Shown: piece by piece, positions 1 through 14,400 of the stretch
Layout of the letters: each line of letters opens with the position of its first letter
Position numbering within the stretch: the first letter of the stretch is position 1
From: Eledone cirrhosa
Lineage: Eukaryota
DNA: 64,000 nucleotides
Assembly: GCA_964016885.1 (NCBI GenBank)
Contig: OZ024740.1
Span: forward strand, 399,962,001 to 400,026,000
Direction of reading: 5' to 3'
Notes under the pieces: generated by a model
The model's database searches: none
What the model was told of the DNA's origin: nothing
What the model saw: the letters and a program-made list of their open reading frames with translations, nothing else
Translations under genes and position numbers: made by a program

Positions 1-1381
1 AACCGGGATTGCACAAAGCGGTCTCGGCCTATGCCGACGACGTAACAGTAATGGTGGCGGACACCTCGGAAATCGGGGCGATCGCCACCCTACTGGAGGA
101 ATACGAAAGGCTGACGGGGGCTAGGCTGAACCGGGACAAGTCAGTCGGTTTGCAACTCGGAACGTGGAGGGGCAAACCGATGCCGTTAGACGGTGTCGTC
201 GGACGGTGGACGGAGGGCCCGGTGGAGCTGCTCGGAGTCTGGTTCGGACCGGACCTCCAGGTGGAGAAGAATTGGGGCGAGGTGACGAGCAGGGTGTTTG
301 CGCTGACCCAGAATTGGGCCAAGTGCAAACTATCACTGAAAGGTCGGGCGGAGGTGGCGAACGCTTACATAGCGTCCGTCATCTACTACCGCCTGACCGT
401 CGTGCCTTGCCCTAAGGAAACGCTCACCATCATGGAGCGCATGCTCTTCCAGTTCCTCTGGAAGAAGCGGCTTCCCATGGTGAGGAGATCCATCTGCTGC
501 CAGCACCCTTCGAAAGGAGGGCTGGGTATGCTGTGGCTGTTGATGCGTAGGCACGCATTGAGGCTACGGCATCTACAGGTATTCCTCACCGGTCAGCCGG
601 TGTGGGCCCCGTTTGTGAGGCGAGCCTTCCCACAGCTCGTCTCGCTCACCAAGCTGCAATCCTGGGTGAAGCAAAGACCGAGAAAACTGGGCAACTGGCA
701 CACCGAGTGTGCCCAGGCGCTCACGGCTCTCTGGCAAGCGGACCCGACTATCAGTGGCGAATCCACCTCGACATTCTATAGAGGGCTGGTGGCTAGCAGG
801 GGCGACGACACCTTTGGAGAGTCGCTAGGCATGGAGGAGGACGAACTGGCCAGCCTGTTCGGTAGAACTTTCGGCCCGGGACCCATGGACAACTTCCAGA
901 GGTCCCTAGCCTGGCAGTGCTACCGGGGGGCTCTGCCCGTTCGAGAAAAGCTCTACAGACACGGGCGCCCGGGCAGGGATCCCGCGAAAAAGATCTGTCC
1001 CAGATGCGTGCGCGACGAGGAAACCGTTGCGCACGCACTGGTACACTGCCCGGGCGTTGCCGATCTGTGGGGCTACGTCGAACGACTGCTGTCGCGTGTC
1101 GTGCCGATTCGATTGGCCGCCGAGTCCGTGGTGAACATCAAGCCGTCTCCTCCCTTCAGAAATGAAGCAGAGGCGGTCTTTCTATGCGTAATAGCCATGA
1201 TGAAAGAGGTTGTGTGGTGGACACGCCTGAAAGGTCGGGTGACTTTCTCTCCGGCCAACACCTGGTTTACTTCTTCCGATACCACTTCGGAAGAAGGATC
1301 AGGATGGAGAGAGAAGTGCTTGGCCCCAGACAGTTTTATGAAAGGTGGGTGAAAGCGGCGAGAATGGCTCGTGTTCTGTAG
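1..1381 (+). mobile_element. L1/Tx1-clade non-LTR retrotransposon ORF2, C-terminal half (end of RT plus zf-RVT), cut by the window edge, frameshift near 1240
   Basis: ORF 9..1352 has YADDV (RT catalytic motif), LNRDKS, LLGVWF, KLSLKGRAEVAN, KGGLG, and CPRC..ETVAHALVHC (zf-RVT). The natural C-terminus continues in frame 1184..1381 (DFLSGQHLVYFFRYH...RWVKAARM). Confidence 0.93.
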
Positions 1382-1623
1382 GTGAAGAAGTGAAGAGGAA
1401 AGGGGGAGCGCCTCCTCTCTGGGCTTCCCCCGGGAAAAGGGTTGCACACTTTTCGGGGGTATGTGCAATCCCCAACACGCCCCCTCCCTTTTGAGGACTT
1501 TTTATTATTATATTATTTTATTGTTATTCCTTTTTTCTTTACTCGCATTTATGTAAACTCCCCCTGTGTATTTGTCCCCTTCTTTTGTGCCCTCGTGGCA
1601 AATAAATAGAAATCTATCTATCT
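1382..1623 (+). other. 3' UTR and tail of the Tx1 element, ending in AATAAA and running into TCTA/CT/TA microsatellites
   Basis: GC content drops after the stop codon; aataaa near 1601 is followed by atctatctatct and simple repeats. Confidence 0.6.
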
Positions 1624-1709
1624 GCCCCCCCCTCTCTCTCTCTATATATATATATACACATAAGTTCACACACACATACACATACAGATACACACATTAA
1701 CACACACAT

Positions 1710-1793
<84 letters not shown>

Positions 1794-2222
1794 ATACATA
1801 AACAAGATAAAATGATAATATCGCCTTTGGGTATTCTTCTCGGCAATAGAAATATTCTTACTGGTCGTAATTGTATAACTGATAGCTGCAAATGAAACGC
1901 TGGCTTTTGTGGCCAGCCGACAATAAATCTACGTTAGATATGTTTGAAATCATGGAATACACTACTGCAACATAACAACTAATCAAAACACTCCTGCCAG
2001 CACAGTCACTATATCAACCCAATCATAATCAGTAGCACCAATATCGTTTCCACTACCACCTTAGCTATCACTGCTATTGCTGCCACCAACACTTTACTGT
2101 CACAGCTATATCATCAGCTCTATCATTTTCGTTATATTTTGGCGACTCATCTTAACCGCAAAATGCCGCCAGGCTCAGCCGCAACTGGCAGAATGTACGA
2201 ATTCATGTGTGCATTAATATAT

Positions 2223-2273
2223 ACAATGTGTTTATGTGATATATATATATATATATATATCACATAAACACAT

Positions 2274-2319
<46 letters not shown>

Positions 2320-2327
2320 GTGTTTAT

Positions 2328-2385
<58 letters not shown>

Positions 2386-2424
2386 GTGTTTATGTGATAT
2401 ATATATATATATATCACATAAACA

Positions 2425-2430
<6 letters not shown>
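2223..2430. repeat. 16-mer (caatgtgtttatgtg core) repeated five times in mixed orientation, separated by (TA)n
   Basis: Forward at 2223, 2315 and 2381; reverse complement (cacataaacacattgt) at 2261 and 2415. Confidence 0.9.
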
Positions 2431-2466
<36 letters not shown>

Positions 2467-2469
2467 TCG

Positions 2470-2507
<38 letters not shown>

Positions 2508-2612
2508 CGAGAGAGAGAGAGAGGGGGGGGGGAGCGAGGGAGAGAGGGAGAGAGAGAGAGATAGAAGAGAACATGTGCGGAAAAGAGATGGTGAGAGGGA
2601 ATGAAATGGTTT

Positions 2613-2657
<45 letters not shown>

Positions 2658-3391
2658 ACCTGTGTGTTTGAGTGTGTGTTTGTGTGTACAGAGGGACACT
2701 GAGAGTGTAAAGGAGACAGCGGGAAGTGGGGGGTGAGAAACACAAACAAGTGAATTGTGATTAAATAGTGGAGATGTAGCGACCACTTGGGAGATTAAAA
2801 CGAGAAAATACTGCCGTCATTTGTCTGTCCGCAGATCAAGCCGTTTGATTTATGAGAGCTGGTCGACTTCATTGTTAATGACCAGACAGTGATAAAGGGT
2901 GAGATTATGAGCTTGCCAAACATCATAGAAAATGAAGTCCTTTCGTAAGTCTAAGGAGATAGAAACTGCCTATTGACCTGGGTTTAGAAATGACACAAGA
3001 CAGATAGCTGACTAATGAAAACCAATGATTTAGCTCATCGGTTTCATTTCAGGTTTACTTCTATCATTCTGTTTTTCTCATCTACCAACCTTTCATAATT
3101 ACTAGATTTCATCACCGCCATCTTTGTTGCGCTGTATTTCTATGTCGCTAAAATTTTGTGATTACTTCTTGTCCAACTGTGTTTCAGGATATTGAAACAT
3201 TAGCAGTTCTCATGCTGAAACTCCGATTGTCACGTATGATCAGCAATGTTGCTGCCATTTTCAAAACATTTTTTTAACCTACGCCTCACCCTCCCATATT
3301 AAACCCCCCCATAACCACCACACCATTCCCACTATTTGTCTTTCATTCCTTCCTTACTTTCTCTTCTCCACTCTAACTCTTTCCTCGCATA

Positions 3392-3960
3392 ATACATAAA
3401 CACATATACACTCACGTAAACACACATACACTCACATAAACATACATACACTCACATAAACACACACACTCACATAAACACACATACACTCGCATAAACA
3501 CACATACACTGACATAAACACACATACACTGACATAAACACACATACACTCACATAAACACACATACACTGACATAAACACACATACACTCATAAAAACA
3601 CACACACTCGCATAAACACACATACACTCGCATAAACACACATACACTGACATAAACACACATACACTCACATAAACACACATACATTCACATAAACACA
3701 CATACACTCACATAAACACACACGCACTCACATAAACACACATACACTCACATAAACACACATACACTTGCATAAATACATACACTCGCATAAACACACA
3801 TACACTCGCATAAACACATACACTCGCATAAACACACATACACTCACATAAACACACATACACTCACGTAAACACACATACACTGACATAAACACACATA
3901 CACTCACGTAAACACACATACATTCACATAAACACACATACACTCACATAAACACACATA
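3392..3960. repeat. 20-bp minisatellite (cacataaacacacatacact)n
   Basis: Visible 20-bp periodicity over about 570 bp. Confidence 0.95.
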
Positions 3961-4466
3961 TTCATATTCCTGCCCACTCCCCCTTCTTTTCTCTTTTTCT
4001 TACACACTCACATACACATATGGTACACATATTCACATATTATGCACACACATTTATTCTCTTTTAAGATCCCATGAGGTTTCTATTGCTAAACGTATTA
4101 TTGCCGTTGAAATTTCGTGTAAATTCGACCGGAAACTATTTGGAAATAATGTAGGAGATGGGATGAAAAACTGGGAACTAATATCAATAAATTTTAAAAG
4201 AAATAAAGCACAGTGATTATGAAAACAAATTTATTTCTTGCCCCTCGTGAAAACACTAAGGTCAACAGCCAAGTATATTACGGAAGAGGTGAGGTGAATC
4301 AATAAGATTTGTTTTTATTGTAAATGGCAGCGAAAATATTATTTTCCTTCATTTTATAGCAAGATTGAGAATGAAAAAATATAAAAATGAGAAACCAAAT
4401 AGGTTTGAGAGAGTTGTAAATAGGATATTGATAATCACAGGTCTATTCATTTTGCTTCGTTTTTTC

Positions 4467-4540
<74 letters not shown>

Positions 4541-4799
4541 ATTATCTATCTATCTATCTATCTATATTTTATGTACTTTATATTAATTCACTATGAGAAG
4601 CTAATTTTCATCTTAGTTAAATATGAGAATACAATGATACAAGTATACATACCCGCATATTTAACAGAGCTAAGACAATAATCACATGAGTTTGTATGTT
4701 ATTGCTGCATGTGTTGAGTTGTCACGTTTTCCGCTTTAGTTTAGTCCCAAGAAAGGGAATGTTCCAATGAGTGTCGCGGGTCCTCCGTGATCTGTGTGA

Positions 4800-5220
4800 G
4801 AAATGTCATTAACATTGCTCCTCAACCTTTGCAAGTAGGCGGCTGCAGGAAACAAATATATATGCAAGGGAGAGTATTCCAGATTGTAGAGGTTCTGGGA
4901 AAGACGTATTGAGAATTGTGTATTGTGCACATCCTAGAGGGTGGACACTATGACTGAAAAGTGCTTAAGGAGTACCCGGGTGAAGGTCCATGAGATCAGC
5001 TAGTTTTAATGAGCAGAGGTCAGTGTAGTAGCAATAGAACTGGCAGAGAGAGGAGACAACACCAGTTTGAGACTGGTGAAAGTGGTGAGTAACTTCATGC
5101 TAATTAGTCGAGTGGCCTTTCTTCGAATGGGGTCGAAGTTTTCTCTGTGTTGCAACAGTCTAGTTCCAAATGTAGGAGCAGAACTAAATTGTGAATCTCA
5201 CCTGAGCTTGACAGAGATTA
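4800..5220 (-). mobile_element. Degraded 3' end of a Jockey/CR1/Crack-group LINE
   Basis: Minus-strand fragments translate as QAQVR..FCSYIW, RRKATRLI, SLCQFYCYY..CS and FPRTSTIWNTLP, typical C-terminal motifs of this group; many stops and frameshifts. Confidence 0.6.
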
Positions 5221-6283
5221 ATATTTTCTAGTTTTGGAGTGGAAGGCAACATTTGTGATGTAATTTTGAATATGTTGAAAATTACTTTCACCAGTGTTGA
5301 TAAAAGTTAGCATTTGAAGCAATCGTAAGGGTTCTATTCTTGTACAGTCCATTTTTAGTGGGAATGGAGAACGATAATATTTTCTTGATATGCGGAGTAT
5401 TTGTGGCGTTTTGGTGTTAAAGTACACAAGGTTAGCATGATTCAGTGGAGGATGTTATCGAATTCTCGGTTCTTTGTCAATGCAGGTTTGGCGTCTAGTG
5501 TCTAGATTACGGCAGGACAGGTTCAACTTTGACTTTCATTCTTTCGGAGTCAGTAAAATAGTGTAACAGTCCAGAGCAGGGAATTGGCAGAATTCTTAGA
5601 GTGCCAAACAGGATGCCTAACATTACTTGTTCCATCTCTTTGCATTTTGAGTTTAAATCTCCTTGTGGCCTTCCTGGATGGTAGGATTAACCAGCGACCC
5701 AATTGGTTGTAATTGGAGATTTACCTAGTGCGAGCAGTGTGAAATTAGATACAAAGCGGAAAGCAATTGTTGGGATTTTCTCCACGGGAGTACCGCTCAT
5801 AGAATCAAAATGGTGGAGAAAAATAGTAAAAATGGATTTCGTAAAGTTGCTAACGATTGTTTTCACAAGGGAACAAAAACAAATCGGCTACAATTTGAGT
5901 TGGGGGTGTTTGTGGCTGCGCGGTGCATAGAGGCATACGTCCCATCCTAGATTGTTGTCTTGCGAGAAATGCTCTGACTAAGAGACATCCAATTTGAAAG
6001 AGTGAGAATATTTTCCCAAGAGCTCTTCTAATATATTGAAAAAGTGGTTTATGCCTGTTTTATCTGAGGTAAAAACTATTGAATAAGTCATCAATGACAA
6101 TCGCGAACTGAGTTCGTATCTGTAAACACGTTTTAAAATCTATTCCTTGGCAAGACCTCTCCAAGCCAACATTTTCATTATCTAAACAAGAGATCTTTAT
6201 CTTTTGTATTCTAGTTAACGCTCTTATGGAAGGCATATATACATACACGTGTGCACGTGGCATATAAGTATCTATCTATCTAG

Positions 6284-6320
<37 letters not shown>

Positions 6321-6381
6321 CTCTTTATATATATGTATATATATTTATACACACACACACATATATATATATATGTATATA

Positions 6382-6414
<33 letters not shown>

Positions 6415-6599
6415 ATATGTATATGTATATATATATATGTATATCTATATCTATATATGTATATATATATATATATATGTATGTAAAAGGTAAACAGAAA
6501 TAACAACACAATCGGTACAATGTATTTATATATGTGTGGATGTATGTCTATGTGCCTCTGTGTGCCTCTGTGTGTGTGTGTGTGTGTGTGTACGAATGT

Positions 6600-6635
<36 letters not shown>

Positions 6636-6890
6636 CTGATGTTTGGCACAATGATAAAACTGTTCTGATAGGTACGTACTGTTAATTTTATTTCTCAAGT
6701 CAATGACTCAATGGACGACAGCAGTTTAAACGAGCATTATAGCACGGCTACCACAAATATTAAAACACGTGGAAAAATAAATGAGAAGATACAAATTTAT
6801 TTTCTTCTTTTCAGTTCTGTACGCATTCATATAGAACAAATGGTTTCTTTAATGTGGCACAGAGTCATCTATTTCCCCCCTCACGATATA

Positions 6891-6932
6891 TGTGTAGTTG
6901 AAAATGGTGAACAAAACACAGGAGGCAATTGA

Positions 6933-6964
<32 letters not shown>

Positions 6965-6990
6965 GCATGTGTGCGTATGGATTTATGTAC

Positions 6991-7022
<32 letters not shown>

Positions 7023-7162
7023 TATGTGCGTATGTATATATGAATATATACATATGCACATAACACATATATATATCCATACGCACACATGCATATATAC
7101 ATATATATACAATTGCCTCCTGTGTTTTGTTCACTATTTCAACTACACATACACACACACAT

Positions 7163-7203
<41 letters not shown>

Positions 7204-7341
7204 CATACACACACGCACACACACACATATATATATATATATATGTATATATATCCATACACACACATGCATATATATATATATGTACAATTGCCTCCTG
7301 TGTTTTGTTCACTATTTTCAACTACACATACACACACACAT

Positions 7342-7382
<41 letters not shown>

Positions 7383-7505
7383 CATACACACACGCACACA
7401 CACACATATATATATATATGTATATATATCCATACACACACATGCATATATATATATATGTACAATTGCCTCCTGTGTTTTGTTCGTCATAATCAACTAC
7501 ACACA
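6891..7505. repeat. About 177-bp tandem repeat with an inverted first unit (palindrome 6891-7150)
   Basis: caattgcctcctgtgttttgttc at 7110, 7288 and 7463; its reverse complement lies within 6891-6931. Confidence 0.9.
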
Positions 7506-7734
7506 CACACACACACATACACTCATGCACACACACACACACACATACTTATACACACACATACACACACACACATACACACACACACACATATATATAT
7601 ATGTATATAGCTACAAATATGTGAGGTTGTGCTCGTATATACACACATTTATATCAACCTAACAGTTAATGTACACGTACGCACACACACATACAAACAC
7701 ATACACACATACACACACACGCACACACATACGC

Positions 7735-7796
<62 letters not shown>

Positions 7797-8047
7797 ACAT
7801 ACACACACACACGCGTACATAGACATATATATTCAGATACGGGGACGATTAATGCGGTTTGAATGTGCTGATATGATTGTTTGTTTATAAGACAATCTTT
7901 CACTAAGTAGAAGTTAGCCATCTTTGAAAAAAATACGAAATGATTGATAAAATACACAGGCACATATGAGCAAACAAACATATACAGAATACATTAATAA
8001 CATACACGCATACATATACATTCCAAACATCTACACACACACACACA

Positions 8048-8126
<79 letters not shown>

Positions 8127-8132
8127 TTATAT

Positions 8133-8226
<94 letters not shown>

Positions 8227-8370
8227 GTATATATGTATACATTCATACATATATATTCCAAACTTCCACAAACACACACACATATATATATATTTATATA
8301 TATACATATATATATTCATACATACATTCATACTTACATTTATATATATATATATATATGTATATATATA

Positions 8371-8436
<66 letters not shown>

Positions 8437-8894
8437 CATATATGTACGTGTGTGTGTTTGTATGTGTATGTTTGTGTATTCAGACATATGTATGACATAA
8501 ATGCCACAATTGAAATGTAATATTCATATACTCATCGTGACAAACGAAATACCTACCCTTGACATGCATATAGGGGTAAAACACACATATATACCTTAAA
8601 ACCAGACTTACACACGCGAGCGAAATACAAAGCAAACTCAAAAGAAAAACACATATAAGCCTATTGAATTTACGAACTTAACAGTCGTATAAACAGAAAC
8701 AGAAACAGAAACCGCACACATACCCATACGTATACAGAATTAGAAGTGGAAACATACACATAAACAGACACATATACACAAACATACATATATACACGAA
8801 CACACATAAACTCTATACATACCTTCATACACACATATTTATATAACAATAAATATACAAACGAGACACTGTTTAGCAAATAGGCAGACATGAT

Positions 8895-9745
8895 ACACAT
8901 ATATATATGTATGTATGTGTGTATGTATGTACACACATATATATGTATGTATGTGTGTATGTATGCATGTACACACTTATATATGTATGTATATGTGTAT
9001 GTATGTATGTACACACATATATATGTATGTATGTGTGTATGTATGCATGTACACACTTATATATGTATGTATGTGTGTATGTATGTACACACATATATAT
9101 GTATGTATATGTGTATGTATGTATGTACACATATATATGTATGTATGTGTGTATGTATGCATGTACACACATATATATGTATGTATGTGTGTATGTATGC
9201 ATGTACACACTTATATATATGTATGTGTGTATGTATGTACACACATATATATGTATGTATGTGTGTATGTATGCATGTACACACTTATATATATGTATGT
9301 ATGTGTGTATGTATGTACACACATATATATGTATGTATGTGTGTATGTATGTATTTACACACTTATATATATGTATGTATGTGTGTATGTATGTACACAC
9401 ATATATATGTATGTATGTGTGTATGTATGCATGTACACACTTATATATATGTATGTGTGTATGTATGTACACACATATATATGTATGTATGTGTGTATGT
9501 ATGTACACACATATATATGTATGTATGTGTGTATGTATGCATGTACACACTTATATATATGTATGTATGTGTGTATGTATGTACACACATATATATGTAT
9601 GTATGTGTGTATGTATGTACACACATATATATGTATGTATGTGTGTATGTATGCATGTACACACTTATATATATATGTATGTATGTGTGTATGTATGTAC
9701 ACACATATATATGTATGTATGTGTGTATGTATGCATGTATGAATG
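8895..9745. repeat. Compound TA/TG minisatellite with units of about 36-44 bp
   Basis: Repeated gtatgtatgtgtgtatgtatg(catg)tacacac(at/tt)atatat units. Confidence 0.9.
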
Positions 9746-9856
9746 TATGTATCTATGTGTGATCATGTATCTATGAATATATATATATATATATATATAT
9801 AAGTATTAAGGCCAGTTACTACAACGGCGTCAAACCAGATACCAATATACGCACAA

Positions 9857-9963
<107 letters not shown>

Positions 9964-9969
9964 GATATA

Positions 9970-10056
<87 letters not shown>

Positions 10057-10073
10057 ATGTGTGTGTGTGTATG

Positions 10074-10114
<41 letters not shown>

Positions 10115-10115
10115 A

Positions 10116-10211
<96 letters not shown>

Positions 10212-10657
10212 CGTGCGTGTGTGTATATGTACATATGTGTACCTATGTAAGTCATGATAACAACAACCACACACATAAACAACAACAAAACACACAAACA
10301 CACACATGTGTTGTACAGCTTAATGGAGTTGGTTTGACGTATAAGAACTCTAGCAACAAACTGAATACCGAGCCATGTTGACAGATGTGTAAAAAGCAAA
10401 ACACACTTTAGACACAAATCGCTTTAGCAGCGTATCATTCTCGTCTTTAACTCGTCCTTGCTTGTTCTTCACCATAGAATCATGTCGTTTAGCGCATGTA
10501 ATTAAGCATCGTAACCGTACAGGTGAAAAGAAATATACAAAAACAATTGAAGAAGTCGTAAATCAGACTGAGAGATTGACATGTACATCTAGTAGAGTGT
10601 GTGAAAGAAAGAATTAGTAAATAGATTTATGAAAAAATGAAACGTAGAGAACGAAAT

Positions 10658-10732
<75 letters not shown>

Positions 10733-10846
10733 TAGAGAGAGAGAGAGAGAGATAGAGAGAGAGGGGGAGAGAGAGTGAGAGAGAGAGCGGGAGAGAGAGA
10801 GAGAGTGATATACATATCATATGTATATATATATATATATATATAT

Positions 10847-10954
10847 GAAAAGATTCAGGACCCCGACGGCTGAGCTCCGGCCGTTTCTACACTACTATCC
10901 CAAGTTTCGAGTACTCTAGTGGGTTATGGTCCACCTGGTATCTTACCACAAGAT

Positions 10955-10960
<6 letters not shown>
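10847..10960. mobile_element. Short TA-embedded element, family A (half-hammerhead), partly deleted copy
   Basis: Homologous to 28334-28470 and 34094-34281 (ggacccc.acggctgagctc..gccgtttc; gagtact; gttatggtccacctggt); flanked by (TA)n on both sides. Confidence 0.85.
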
Positions 10961-10990
<30 letters not shown>

Positions 10991-10996
<6 letters not shown>

Positions 10997-11800
10997 TAAG
11001 TATGTATACGTACATACGTACATATATGTATACAGACGTACAGTAGTATGTATATATATATATACATACATGCATACATATATATATGTACAAACAAACC
11101 GAGCATTATAATAAATGTTCGGTAAATCCATAAGTACATATATATATGTGTGCATGTATGTATATATATATGTACTTATGGATTTACCGAACATTTATTA
11201 TAATGCTCGGTTTGTTTGTACATATATATATGTATGCATGTATGTATATATATATATACATACTACTGTACGTCTGTATACATATATGTATGTACGTATA
11301 CATACTTATATTTAAGTAACAGCCGTACTAAGAGTGAGAAATGAAATTTCGTTTTTTTTTTTCCATTTATCGTTTTCGGTGCGCCCGGCCGATTAATTCA
11401 CTCGATATGCAAATTAGGCTGCTCAGCCGTTAATATGCATAAGGAAAGTATATACTTTCAGAAGTTCAACCATCTGGCAGGAAGGTATACGGTGCTGACG
11501 ATAGCTAATAAGCTTGAAACTAGTACATCGTTCCTTTGTCAGTGTTGAACAAAAGGGTAACGATGGTTGCTTAACACTGTACGGCTAAATTCGGGATGTT
11601 CGTTTACAAACAAACCGAGCATTATAATAAATGTTCGGTAAATCCACACGTACATGTATATATGTGTGCATGTATGTATATATATACATACTACTGTACG
11701 TATGTATACATATATGTATGTACGTATACATACTTATATTTAAGTAACAGCCGTACAAAGAGTGAGAAATGAAATTTCGTTTCATTTTTTTCCATTTATA
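10991..11800 (+). mobile_element. Retrozyme/PLE-like non-coding element: about 430-bp direct-repeat period, one HHR, inverted left end, TA-flanked
   Basis: taagtaacagccgtac..gagtgagaaatgaaatttcg at 11313 and 11741; tacaaacaaaccgagc at 11089 and 11605; 10991-11147 is the reverse complement of about 11161-11313. Confidence 0.75.
11489..11531 (+). ncRNA. Type I hammerhead ribozyme, intact core
   Basis: acggtg CTGACGA t-agct-aata-agct-t GAAAC ta GTA catcgt: stem I acggtg/catcgt, stem II agct/agct, palindromic stem III actagt, predicted cleavage after GUA. Confidence 0.9.
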
Positions 11801-12007
11801 TATATATATATACAAAATTTAGTACAGCATCATCGAAGCTCTGGTTGCAGACAAGCTAACGAATGCAATCTCGGTGTGCAGCTAATCACTCAATAGGGTA
11901 TACTACCCTAGAGTTATAACATTACGTTTAGACAGCTTTGCAAATTGAAGACAGCGACCGATAGACGGGCCGCAGTGACCATAGCGACGAAAAAAACTGA
12001 ACTCAGG

Positions 12008-12035
<28 letters not shown>

Positions 12036-12039
<4 letters not shown>

Positions 12040-13736
12040 ATACTTTGGGAGGGTCATGTTGCCAATAAGAAACACACGCACCAGTTGCTTTCACTTCAAT
12101 TTATTATAATAAATTTATAAATTTAGGAATTTATAAATTTCCGGTTGGTTGGTTGGTTCCACAACCAGATGGTTGTTTATATATTGTCAAAGTTCTTTCG
12201 TCACACATTCTGTGACCTCTTCAGTGACTGGGGGTTCATTTCTTTGTTTTTTTGTTTTTTGTGCCTCTCCTTTGTTCTGTCCTACGCCATCTTGTTTTTT
12301 GTGTGTGTGGTGTGTGCTTAGTTTGCGCATGTGTTGCATCCGGGTGTCTGTGTGTGTTTATATTCGTTTATTTATTTGTTTATTTACATGTTACTGGTTG
12401 GTTGTTTGTTCTATGTGCGTGTGTCTTTTCATTTTGTCCTTAATTGTAAGTTGTGATATTGCTGTTCCACTCATGTTTTCTATTTAATTTTGGTTGTAAT
12501 TCATTTATGTTTATTGCCTCTGTGATTTGTCTAAACATTGCGTCTTTTCTGTGTGTAGATTCTATTTTTATTTCTATGTTCTCTAATTTACCCTTATGTT
12601 CTATTTTAGCATGTTGGTAGAGTACAGATGATTCTTTACTATCTTGAAGGTCTCGCCAGTGTTTATTTATCCGTTCCCCTATACTACGAGCTGTCTCACC
12701 TATGTACACTATATTTTTATCTCTACAATGTCCTTCAGTACATCTTATGCTATATACTACATTTCTAGTTTTACAGTTAATATGGAGGCTTAATTTACAG
12801 ATTATACATTTCTTATCTATACAAGGAGGTCTTTGAAAAGGGTATGTCTTGCTAATAAGTGTTTTTATTTTATTTTTTTATTTTTATGGAGGTACCTGGT
12901 CTTTCTACTATCTTAATATTGAGTTTATGTTCATCTAGGGCCCTTCTAAATTTGTAAGCCAATATCTAGGGGTTGTATTGATGAACATTACACTCTGGTA
13001 TTTATTGCTATCATACCATGAGTTTATTCTATTAGCCTTATTCCTAGTTCTTTCTAGTCTATTCCAAACTTTGCTCCTATACAAGGGACAGGTCCCATTT
13101 GTGTCATTATTTACCATTTTTTCCTATTTGGTTCTGGCTCCTCTATACACTCTGATTTTATCTCTCTGATTGTAACCAGAGAACTGCATACGGTGGATGA
13201 AGTGTTGTATGTGTCTCTCTAGTTCTTCGGGGTTGCACATGCGGGACACGTTTCTCATCACCCGTACCAAATCCGCAATCAGTATGTTGATTTTGGTATG
13301 GTCCGAAACAGCTGAGCTTCGGTGGATCAGATATTTGGAAGTCATGGGTTTGGCATAATGGGAATGGAGAATTTGTTTTTTGTTATTAATGGTATCTAAC
13401 CAGAGCTCTGTGTCTAGTACAGGTAATCGATGGTTGGGGTGTTTGCTTGGGTAGTCTATAGTAGCTCTAATACTCTGGTGGATGGAGTTAGCTATTTGCT
13501 GGATGCTTTCCATTGTGTTTTTCTCCAATTCCTGACTGTTCTCTATGGGGGTGTTTTAACTACGATGTTTATATCATCAACGTAGCGGGAGTACATTATC
13601 AGGGTTAAGGGGTCTTCTAATTGTTCTTTAAGTTTAATTTTAAGTCTACTGTCCCACCATACCATGAATAAGTTAGCTATGTCGCTTGCAATGCTAACCC
13701 CAATGGCTGCTCCCTTGCCAAACAAATTCAGAAACG

Positions 13737-13740
<4 letters not shown>
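12036..13740 (-). mobile_element. Penelope-like element copy 1 (5'-truncated; RT, C-rich linker, GIY-YIG, HHR-like 3' region), degraded, inserted in (TA)n
   Basis: [28 protein letters not shown] and YIGETARSIGERINKH...ITEAI in ORF pieces 13543..14055, 13124..13528, 12935..13117 and 12440..12709; closely similar to 29119-31927. Confidence 0.93.
12186..12228 (-). ncRNA. HHR-like motif in the 3' region of PLE copy 1
   Basis: Minus strand: gtca CTGAAGA g-gtcaca-gaatg-tgtgac GAAA gaac TT tgac; stem III is minimal. Confidence 0.6.
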
Positions 13741-13826
<86 letters not shown>

Positions 13827-13828
13827 TG

Positions 13829-13885
<57 letters not shown>

Positions 13886-14178
13886 GAGAGAGAAAGAGGG
13901 AAGAGTGTTGATTGACAAATATATTGAAAAATAACACCACCTAGCTTATCTATCGCCAGCCTCCTTCTATAACGCCTTAAACCACATATTTGAAACAAAT
14001 TGACCAAAAGTTTTATCATTTCGTCGATAGTTTCCTGCGTGCAGAAGTAGATCATGTACTGCCTGGCTATCTGTCAGTCTGTCAGTCTGTCTGTCAGTCT
14101 GTCTGTCTGATGTCTGTCTCTCTGTCTGTCTGTCTGGCCTTTCCCCCCTCCCTTTTTTCTGTATATAGAGGGTAAAAT

Positions 14179-14400
14179 GGTTTCTTATATAGGCACATGG
14201 CCAACAATTTTGGGGGAGGGGAAAGTCGATTAAATCGACGCCAGTGCATTACTGGTACTTTATTTTATCGACCCCGTAAGGATGAAAGACAAAGTTAACC
14301 TCGGCAGGATTTAAACTCGGCAGGATAATAAAGGGCCGTTACTCTATACTGCAAAGCATAGCGTCAGACTCTCTACCAATACTGCCAATCCATCGCCCTT
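14179..14400 (-). mobile_element. tRNA-derived SINE with Meta-like central domain (long variant)
   Basis: Reverse complement of gaggttaactttg.ctttcatccttacggggtcgataaaataaagtaccagt with a tRNA-like head; many copies in the window. Confidence 0.85.
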
